This document shows, piece after piece, positions 57,539 to 64,000 of a stretch of 64,000 bases of DNA. This DNA comes from an uncultured Gemmatimonadales bacterium (GTDB taxonomy: Bacteria > Gemmatimonadota > Gemmatimonadetes > Gemmatimonadales > GWC2-71-9), in the NCBI GenBank assembly GCA_963828735.1, contig CAWHFW010000002.1, positions 576,001-640,000 on the forward strand, read 5' to 3'. The first letter of the stretch is position 1; every line of letters begins with the position of its first letter. The notes under the pieces are model-generated. The model worked only from the letters and a program-made list of their open reading frames with translations. It had not been told where the DNA came from and did not search any database. The translations under genes were made by a program, and so were the position numbers.

Positions 57539-58621
57539 TCACCGTGCGATGCTGACCCGCTCCTGTTCGTGACGGTCCCGAGCGCTCACGACCGCCTCCA
57601 CGAGTGGAGTGGGATCGAACCGCACGGGGTCGGTCGCCGGCAGCCCTGTTTCCCGCGCGGCGGCCTCGCAGGCGCGGCGGGCCTCCGTGTCGGTCAAGTC
57701 GTAGGTGTTGAGCGAGATGGCGATGACCTTCGTCGGATGGACCGCCCCGCCGATGCTCTCGTACACCCGGATGTAATCAGTGAGCGGCGGGATGCGGAGC
57801 CATGCCGCCTTGCGGTAGTCGCCGATGTACTCCCGGCTCGACTGGTGACACAGGATGAGCGCGTCGGGGCACGAGCCGTGGAGCAGGCCAAGGGTGACGC
57901 CGGAGTACCCCGGATGGTTGATGCTCCCCTGCCCTTCCACCAGCACGACGTCGGCATCCTTGGCCCCCTCGAGCACGAGCCGCTCGGCCGCGCCGGCGAT
58001 GAAATCCGCGACCACCGCGTCCACCGCGATGCCCCAGCCTTCGATCATGATGCCGGTCTGACCGGTGGCGACGAAGCGCGTGCGCACGCCGCGTTCATTG
58101 AGCTGACGGGTGATCTGCAGCTGCGCGGTCATCTTGCCGACGTTGCAGTCGGTCCCGACCGTGAGGACCACCAGCGGATCCACCGACTTCGCCAGCCCCG
58201 AGGCGATCGGCAGGTCGGGCGGCGGGCGGCGGAGATCCAGGATCTTCCGTCCCCTGGTCCCCGCCTTCTCGGCGAGCAGTGGATCGTCGCCGAGAAAGGT
58301 GTGGAGACCGCTCCAGAGATCGCAGCCGTGATCGAGCGCCTCGGCCAGCCACGCGCGCCATTCCGGCGGCATCCGCCCGCCCTGGGGCGCGATGCCGATC
58401 AGGATCGCGGTCGGGCCGAGCGCGAGTCCCTCGCGCATGGAGGCGACGATCGGGATCTTGCCGCCAAAGCCCAGGACGTCCTGCACGGTCTTCCCGGCCT
58501 GTTGTCGGTCGAGCACGCCCACCGTGCGGTCTGGGAGATAACGGATCACCGAGTTGGCCGTTTTGGACGTCATGGCCGAGAAGTCGCCGTCGGCGACGAT
58601 CAGGAAGCGCGGAGCAGTCAT
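57539..58621 (-). CDS. DUF1611 family P-loop protein (DgcN-like)
   Basis: KTANSVIRY, SGLH, VGTDCNVGKMT, ATGQTGI and VEGQGS motifs. Confidence 0.88.
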   Translation of the reverse strand: MTAPRFLIVADGDFSAMTSKTANSVIRYLPDRTVGVLDRQQAGKTVQDVLGFGGKIPIVASMREGLALGPTAILIGIAPQGGRMPPEWRAWLAEALDHGCDLWSGLHTFLGDDPLLAEKAGTRGRKILDLRRPPPDLPIASGLAKSVDPLVVLTVGTDCNVGKMTAQLQITRQLNERGVRTRFVATGQTGIMIEGWGIAVDAVVADFIAGAAERLVLEGAKDADVVLVEGQGSINHPGYSGVTLGLLHGSCPDALILCHQSSREYIGDYRKAAWLRIPPLTDYIRVYESIGGAVHPTKVIAISLNTYDLTDTEARRACEAAARETGLPATDPVRFDPTPLVEAVVSARDRHEQERVSIAR

Positions 58622-58625
58622 CCGG

Positions 58626-59753
58626 TCAGGTGTGCGAAGGTTGGACGGAAGGCTCGGCCGTGGCTGGCACGGTTCCGGAGGGCGCGACCGCCACGACCGG
58701 ATCGCCGTAGACCTCGCCGAGCAGGATATGGCGGACCAGGGCCATCACCAGCACCATGATCGGCACGGAGATGATGAGGCCCGCCAGCCCGAACAGCTTG
58801 CCGATCAGCAGCACGCCGGCGATGGTCACCACGGGCGGCAGGTTGACCTGCCGCTCCATGACCACCGGCGACACGATGTTGGCCTCGATGAGGTGCACGA
58901 CGACGCCCAGCGCCGCCACCAGGAGGGCCTTGGTCAGGCCGAACGCGCCAAGCGCGAAGAGGGCCGGCACCACGGTCGAAAACAGGACGCCGAAGAACGG
59001 CACGATGGCGGCCACGCCGGCGAATACGCCGAACGCCAGGAAGTACGGCATGCCGAGGGTCCAGAGTCCGAGCGTCGTGAGGGCCGCCAGCAGCACCATC
59101 GCGATGATCTGGCCCACCACCCAGGCCCGGATCGTACCGTTGACGTCGGCGAGGATCGCGCGGGCCAGCGCTCGGCGGCGCGGCGGGACCAGCGCGACGA
59201 CACCGTTGATATAGATCGCCGGGTGTCGCGCGAGGAAGATCGCCATCACGATCACGCTGACGCCCTCGATCAGCACCTCGACCCCGCCCTTCAGATACGG
59301 TACCGCCGCCCCCCGCAGAAATCCGAGGATCTCGCCGAGCGCCGAGGCCACCAACCCCGGCTGGGTTTCCCCGCCGGGCGTGGCCTCCCGCCGGAGCACG
59401 GGGATGCTCCGCATCAGGGCAGTGATATTGGCATCGAGCCTGCTGAGATACTGCGGGAGATTGCTGAGCAGGTCCTGGACCTGCGCGGTCACCGGCGGCG
59501 CGATGAGGAGCACCGTCCCCACCAGGACGCCCAAGGTCCCTACGACGCCGAGCGAGAGCCCGAGCGGCCGGGGTATGCCAAGGCGCCGATCGAGCAGATC
59601 GGTCACCGCATCCAGGTAGATGGCCAGGATGGCCGACAGGAACAGCACGAGCAGGATGTCGACCGTGCGGACGACCAGGGCCACCAACGCGACGGCCAGC
59701 AGGACCCGCCCGATAGGCAGGCCCCGCCGGCCGTCAAAGGTCGTCTCCGCCAT
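58626..59753 (-). CDS. AI-2E family transporter
   Basis: Multi-TM topology, IVPFFG and EANIVSPVVM...VNLPP motifs. Confidence 0.88.
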   Translation of the reverse strand: MAETTFDGRRGLPIGRVLLAVALVALVVRTVDILLVLFLSAILAIYLDAVTDLLDRRLGIPRPLGLSLGVVGTLGVLVGTVLLIAPPVTAQVQDLLSNLPQYLSRLDANITALMRSIPVLRREATPGGETQPGLVASALGEILGFLRGAAVPYLKGGVEVLIEGVSVIVMAIFLARHPAIYINGVVALVPPRRRALARAILADVNGTIRAWVVGQIIAMVLLAALTTLGLWTLGMPYFLAFGVFAGVAAIVPFFGVLFSTVVPALFALGAFGLTKALLVAALGVVVHLIEANIVSPVVMERQVNLPPVVTIAGVLLIGKLFGLAGLIISVPIMVLVMALVRHILLGEVYGDPVVAVAPSGTVPATAEPSVQPSHT

Positions 59754-60526
59754 CAGCGGGTAGACCCCTCATCCCCCTCTTCCACGAGCTCGGCGTCGTG
59801 GACGTCGTTGTTGCCCTTGTTGAGCTGCCGGGTCGGCTGCGCCTGCCCGGGGCCGACGAGGCCCATGCGCTGCTTCAGCTCGATGAGCTGCTGGTCAGAG
59901 CTGCCCTTGTACTCGAGCGCCTCGAACTGTTTGGCGAGCCGGTCGCCGGAGACCTCCTCGTTGAGCTCCGCCGCGGCGAGCGCCTTGCGCTCGTGGGCTT
60001 CGATCTTCTCCGCCATCCGCTCGAACGACTCGAACGCGCTCTTGTCGGACATGCCCGACATCGTCTCCTGGATCCGCTGCTGCGCCTCCGCGCGCTTGGC
60101 GCGCGCCACCAGGATGTTCTTCTTGCGCTTGGCCTCCTCGATCTTGTCGTTGAGCTGGCGCAGCGAGAGCTTGAGCGCGTCGGTCTCCGCCTTGTGCCGG
60201 AGCCACGTCTCGTGGAGCTGCTGCGCGCCCTGCATCTGCTCGTTGTACCGGCCGAGAGCCTGCTTGGCCATGTCGTCCCGCCCCTCCTGCACGGCGAGCA
60301 TCGCCCGGCGCTCCCAGTCCTCCGCCTGCTTCTTCATGTTCTCAGCGTCGCCCTGCAGCTTCTTCTCGTCGGCGATCGCCGAGGCCACCTGCTGTTTGGC
60401 CTTGGCGAGGTTGGTCTTCATGTCGACGATGAGCTGGTTGAGCATCTTCTCCGGGTTCTCGGCCCGCGAGATCAGGTCGTTGATGTTCGACCGGAGCAGG
60501 GTCGAGAGACGGTCAAAGAGTCCCAT
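59753..60526 (-). CDS. pspA: PspA/IM30 (bacterial ESCRT-III) family protein
   Basis: MGLFDRLSTLLRSNINDLISRAENPEKMLNQ...WERRAMLA...FERMAEKI. Confidence 0.95.
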   Translation of the reverse strand: MGLFDRLSTLLRSNINDLISRAENPEKMLNQLIVDMKTNLAKAKQQVASAIADEKKLQGDAENMKKQAEDWERRAMLAVQEGRDDMAKQALGRYNEQMQGAQQLHETWLRHKAETDALKLSLRQLNDKIEEAKRKKNILVARAKRAEAQQRIQETMSGMSDKSAFESFERMAEKIEAHERKALAAAELNEEVSGDRLAKQFEALEYKGSSDQQLIELKQRMGLVGPGQAQPTRQLNKGNNDVHDAELVEEGDEGSTR

Positions 60527-60532
60527 GTCGCT

Positions 60533-60928
60533 TCACCTTTCCCGGTACGGAGCGAGCGCGGTCAGGTGCGAGGCCACCGCCAGCGTGATCGAGTCGAAGC
60601 TCGCCTCGAACTCGCTGAAGTCGAGGTCTTCCAGCTCGAGCGTGTCGGTCAGGACGACGTGGTCGCCCTCGAGACCGTAGGAGCCGTGCACCAGATCCCG
60701 GGCGTTGTACTCCAGCAGCTGGCGGAACAGCTCGCTGCGCCGGGGCTCGCTGGCCGGGAGCTCCATCACTCGCACCCGCATGATCACGACCGGGGGCGCG
60801 AAGTGCACCACCACCTCGGCGTCGTCCGGCGTCCGGGCGAGCCAGAGGTTCGGCTCGATCTCCATGACCGTCAGGCCGCCGCCGTCGAGCCGGTCCAGGA
60901 ACGACTGGATGTCCTCGCGGGTGATCAT
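60533..60928 (-). CDS. YbjN/CesT-like chaperone-fold protein
   Basis: ATG at 60928 (ATGA overlap). LFRQLLEYNA..LVHGSYGLEGDHVVLTDTLELEDLDFSEF motif. Confidence 0.75.
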   Translation of the reverse strand: MITREDIQSFLDRLDGGGLTVMEIEPNLWLARTPDDAEVVVHFAPPVVIMRVRVMELPASEPRRSELFRQLLEYNARDLVHGSYGLEGDHVVLTDTLELEDLDFSEFEASFDSITLAVASHLTALAPYRER

Positions 60929-61176
60929 CGGTGCGTTCCCCCCGGCAGCTGGTCGGCCTCGCGCACCTGAGCCAGGAGACGCTCGGCGAAATCTAACCGT
61001 TCCTCGACGTCGGCCAATCGGCCGCGGAGATGGTCCATCTCGGCGGCGAGAGCCGGGTCGCCGTCGGGCGCGCCGCCACGGATTCGCGCCGCGAGCGCGT
61101 CGCCCAGCGGCCCGCGAAAGATCTTGACGAGGCCCGCCATCAAGACCACGGCGATGATCACGTTCTCCAGCTGCAT
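60925..61176 (-). CDS. PspB-like small membrane protein, paralog 5
   Basis: TM helix + GPLGDALAARI + EERLDFAERLL. Confidence 0.8.
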   Translation of the reverse strand: MQLENVIIAVVLMAGLVKIFRGPLGDALAARIRGGAPDGDPALAAEMDHLRGRLADVEERLDFAERLLAQVREADQLPGGTHR

Positions 61177-61185
61177 CGGTCCCCC

Positions 61186-61518
61186 TTACCGTTGAAGCCG
61201 ATCCGGCTCCCGTGCCTGCGCCAGCATCCGCTCGGCGAACTCGAGCCGCTCCTCGACCTCGGCCAGCCGGCCGGACGCCTGCTCGAGCTGGTCCACCCGA
61301 TTCCGGAGCCCTTCTACCTCGGCCTGCAGCTCGACGCCGGCGGCGCCTCCCTCGAGGCGGCGAGCCAGGGCGCGGATCAGCGGCCACACGATCAGCAGCA
61401 GCGTCGCGAGCACGGCGACCGTGATGGCCACCGCGGCCGGGTCGCTCAGCGAGCCGGCGACCGACATGTGACCGCCCGGGTCGGGCGGCACCGGAATCTG
61501 CTGGGCGAGGACGGTCAC
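61186..61518 (-). CDS. PspB-like small membrane protein, paralog 4
   Basis: GTG at 61518 (GTGA overlap). TM helix + WPLIRALARRL + EERLEFAERML. Confidence 0.8.
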   Translation of the reverse strand: MTVLAQQIPVPPDPGGHMSVAGSLSDPAAVAITVAVLATLLLIVWPLIRALARRLEGGAAGVELQAEVEGLRNRVDQLEQASGRLAEVEERLEFAERMLAQAREPDRLQR

Positions 61519-61874
61519 GTCGTTCCCCGTGGCAAGGTCGCCTGGTTTTCCCCACGCGCGAGCAGGCGCTCGGCGAAGTCGAGCCGCTCCTCGAGCTCCG
61601 TGACGCGCTGGTGGAGCGCGTCCACCTCGCCGAGGCGATGGTGCATCTGATCCAGCTCTCCCTGCAGCGCCGGCGTCATGACCGACTTGCCCTCGAGCCG
61701 CCGCGCCAGCGCGCGGGCGATCGGCCAGCACACGATCGTCACGGCAGCCACCACCAGCAGCACGACCATCACGATGCCAGGCGAGCTCAACTGCGTCAGC
61801 AGAAGGTTCGGGTCCACCGGAATGCTAGGTACCGGCGGCGGTACTGGTGGCACCGCCTGCATCGGGCTCATCAC
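61515..61874 (-). CDS. PspB-like small membrane protein, paralog 3
   Basis: Pro-rich N-terminus, TM helix + WPIARALARRL + EERLDFAERLL. Confidence 0.8.
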   Translation of the reverse strand: MMSPMQAVPPVPPPVPSIPVDPNLLLTQLSSPGIVMVVLLVVAAVTIVCWPIARALARRLEGKSVMTPALQGELDQMHHRLGEVDALHQRVTELEERLDFAERLLARGENQATLPRGTT

Positions 61875-62128
61875 GCATCCCCCTGTCTGAGCTGCCCGGC
61901 CTTGCGTTCCTGCAGTAATACGCGCTCGGCGAAGTCGAGCCGCTCCTCGAGCTCCCCCAGGCGCCCCTGCAAGTCGGCGAGCTGCTGGTCGTCGTGATCG
62001 GTTCGCGGCTGCCCGGCTCCGCCGATCCTGCGGGCGATGGCCTCACCGAGCGGACCACGGAACACGCGCGCGATGGTCCAGGCGGCAATCGAGCCGATCA
62101 CGATGGCGAAGACCTGATCCGGGCTCAC
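61871..62128 (-). CDS. PspB-like small membrane protein, paralog 2
   Basis: TM helix + GPLGEAIARRI + EERLDFAERVL. Confidence 0.8.
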   Translation of the reverse strand: MSPDQVFAIVIGSIAAWTIARVFRGPLGEAIARRIGGAGQPRTDHDDQQLADLQGRLGELEERLDFAERVLLQERKAGQLRQGDA

Positions 62129-62379
62129 TCGCCGGCGCCCACCTTGCCCTGCTCCTGTCGTTGGGCGAGCAGCCGCTCGGCGAAGTCCACCCGCTCGTGC
62201 AGCTCGGCCACCTCGTGGCGAAGCGCGTCCACATCGGCCAGCAGCTCGGGGTCCTGCGCCGCCTGTTGCTGGCCCCGGATCCGCTCGGCGAGGGCCCTCC
62301 CGACGGGGCTGATCGACAGGAGGAACAGCGTACCGCCGCCGAAGATGAACGTGATCGCCAGTACGCCTTCCATATCCAT
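62125..62379 (-). CDS. PspB-like small membrane protein, paralog 1
   Basis: TM helix + SPVGRALAERI + HERVDFAERLL. AAGGA RBS. Confidence 0.8.
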   Translation of the reverse strand: MDMEGVLAITFIFGGGTLFLLSISPVGRALAERIRGQQQAAQDPELLADVDALRHEVAELHERVDFAERLLAQRQEQGKVGAGE

Positions 62380-62408
62380 ATGATCCTTTGGATCTCCCGG
62401 GCGCCCCC

Positions 62409-62435
62409 TACGACCCTAGGCTGGCCAATGTTTCA
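62409..62435 (-). promoter_or_regulatory. ECF-sigma-type promoter of the psp operon
   Basis: TGAAAC-N17-CGTA, about 30 nt upstream of the first ATG. Confidence 0.6.
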
Positions 62436-62465
62436 AGGCGCAACACGGGCGATGCGTGGACGACG

Positions 62466-62681
62466 TCAAACCAGCTCGACCGCCTCGATGGCGGCCAGGG
62501 AGACGGCGATTTCGGTATCGTCGCTGCCGGCCGGGCGGAGATAGACCTCGTGGGCGGTGATGTGGGTATCCACGCTCATCGGAATGCCCACGACTTCGGT
62601 GCGATCCGTAGTCGTGATGCGCACGGCCTGCTCGTGCCCACCGGCGTACCCGAGGAGCTGGACGATGTCTTCGTAGGTCAT
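62466..62681 (-). CDS. Small hypothetical protein with an Sm/LSm-like pattern
   Basis: 71 aa: an N-terminal helix followed by VRITTTDRTEVVG...VYL...IAVSLAAIEAVEL. Confidence 0.6.
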   Translation of the reverse strand: MTYEDIVQLLGYAGGHEQAVRITTTDRTEVVGIPMSVDTHITAHEVYLRPAGSDDTEIAVSLAAIEAVELV

Positions 62682-62741
62682 GGGGTCCCCCAAGCGGGTA
62701 GGACCCCTAATGTAGGCCGTGAACTGGGACAGCCGCAACGA

Positions 62742-62795
62742 GAGACCGGAGGTGGGAGCGATCGGGAAGCCGCCGCTCCCGCCCTCGCCGGTTTC
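62742..62795 (-). terminator. Long imperfect hairpin right after the S9 peptidase stop codon
   Basis: GAGACCGG..GGGAGCG pairs with CGCTCCC..CCGGTTTC. Confidence 0.4.
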
Positions 62796-64000
62796 TAATG
62801 CGCGTTGGCCTGCTTTTCGGGCGTTGGGACCGGGCCGAGCAAGTGCTCGTCGAGGAATCGCGTGATGAGCGAGAACAGGTGCAGCGTCGTGTTCTTGCCC
62901 TGGCAGACGCAGTGGGTCCGATTCGGGTACTCCATCATCTGGAAAGGCTTATTGGCCGCCACGAGCGCGTTGATGAGCAGCTCGCTGTTCTGGAAGTGCA
63001 CGTTGTCGTCGCCGCTGCCGTGCACCAGGAGCAGGTCGCCCTTGAAGCCGCTGACGTAGCTGATGGGCGAGCCGCGGTCGTAGCCGTCGCGATTGGTGGT
63101 GATGAGCCCGTTGAAGCGCTCGGTGTAGACGTTGTCGTACAGCGCCCAATGCGTTACGGGCGAGACGGCCACGCCCATCCGGTACAGCTCCGGGTGCTGG
63201 AACAGCACATTGAGCGTCATGAACGCGCCGTAGCTCCATCCCCAGATACCGACCCGGTTCGGGTCCACGTACGGCCGCTGACGCAGCGCCGTCGCGGCGG
63301 AAGCCTGGTCCTGGGTCTCGAGCACGCCGAGCTGACCGTAGATCGCCTTGCGCCACGCCCGTCCAAGAGGCGCGGGAGTGCCGCGGTTGTCCACGATGGC
63401 CACCAGATAGCCCTTCTGCGTGAGCATCGAGTGCCACAGGTAGTATCCGCCCCACTGGTCCTCGACCTCGGCGTTCCCCGGTCCGCCATACACGAAGAAC
63501 AGCAAGGGGTACTTCCGGGTGGAGTCGAAATCCGCCGGCTTCAGGAGCACGCCGGGCATCTTCGAGCCATCGGCCGCCGGCACGGTCAGCCATTCGACCG
63601 ACGGGCGGCGGAGACCCGCGACGCGCGCACGGAGACGGGCGTTGTCCACGAGGGTTCGGATCACCTGGTGGCCCGGCAGCCGGACGAGGCGGATCAGCGG
63701 CGGATTGCCGAGGCTCGAGTAGTTCTCGATCGCGTACTTGTAATTGGGTGAGCGGTCGTACACGTGCGTCCCCTTCTCCCCCTGCGGGCTGATGCGCTGC
63801 GGGGTGCCCTTCCCGTCGAGCCGAGTCCGGTACAGGTACTTCTGGGTCGGATTGTCCGGCGACGCGACGTAGTACAGCCAACCGCCCTTGTCGTCGATGC
63901 CCTTCACCTCCAGCACGTCGAAGTTGCCCTTGGTCACCAGGCGCACCGACTTGCCGTCGCGCGAGACGGCGTAGACGTGCTTCCAGCCGTCACGCTCGCT
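62795..64000 (-). CDS. S9 family dipeptidyl peptidase IV, 5'-truncated by the window edge
   Basis: VYGGP, catalytic GWSYG, HGSGDDNVH and YPNRTH motifs. Confidence 0.93.
   Translation of the reverse strand, partial: SERDGWKHVYAVSRDGKSVRLVTKGNFDVLEVKGIDDKGGWLYYVASPDNPTQKYLYRTRLDGKGTPQRISPQGEKGTHVYDRSPNYKYAIENYSSLGNPPLIRLVRLPGHQVIRTLVDNARLRARVAGLRRPSVEWLTVPAADGSKMPGVLLKPADFDSTRKYPLLFFVYGGPGNAEVEDQWGGYYLWHSMLTQKGYLVAIVDNRGTPAPLGRAWRKAIYGQLGVLETQDQASAATALRQRPYVDPNRVGIWGWSYGAFMTLNVLFQHPELYRMGVAVSPVTHWALYDNVYTERFNGLITTNRDGYDRGSPISYVSGFKGDLLLVHGSGDDNVHFQNSELLINALVAANKPFQMMEYPNRTHCVCQGKNTTLHLFSLITRFLDEHLLGPVPTPEKQANAH

Noticed and set aside
60929..61555. 340-aa ORF 60533..61555 as a single protein
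   Set aside because: Its N-terminal 209 codons overlap the PspB-like paralogs out of frame. The real start is ATG 60928.

Overview
High-GC bacterial chromosome window, most likely Gemmatimonadota (inferred from the style of RpoB/RpoC/EF-Tu; not verified by search). 1-33 kb is an accessory stress/envelope island. It carries an Orn/Lys/Arg-type decarboxylase - MurI-like racemase - aspT - aspD operon, two arylsulfatases, HdeD, several lipoproteins, a CobW GTPase, a FixJ/NodW-type regulator plus a stand-alone receiver, TamB/TamA, a barrel-only Omp85 and a MASE1-PAS FixL-type kinase. Nine copies of one imperfect palindrome (about TG[GC]ACC-WW-GGT[GC]CA) sit in its intergenic regions, most of them 22-23 nt upstream of a -10-like hexamer, and outline a candidate regulon. 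33-39 kb is a patch of secreted proteins that follows a truncated ECF sigma gene. 39-53 kb is the core tRNA(Thr,Tyr,Gly,Thr)-tuf-rpmG-secE-nusG-rplKAJL-rpoBC cluster. 53-64 kb holds cysS, mscS and a pspA operon led by five tandem PspB-like paralogs behind an ECF-type promoter. A 1-nt frameshift in essential rpoB indicates indel errors in the assembly, so the other frameshifts are uncertain. No CRISPR array, rRNA, integrase or transposase was seen.
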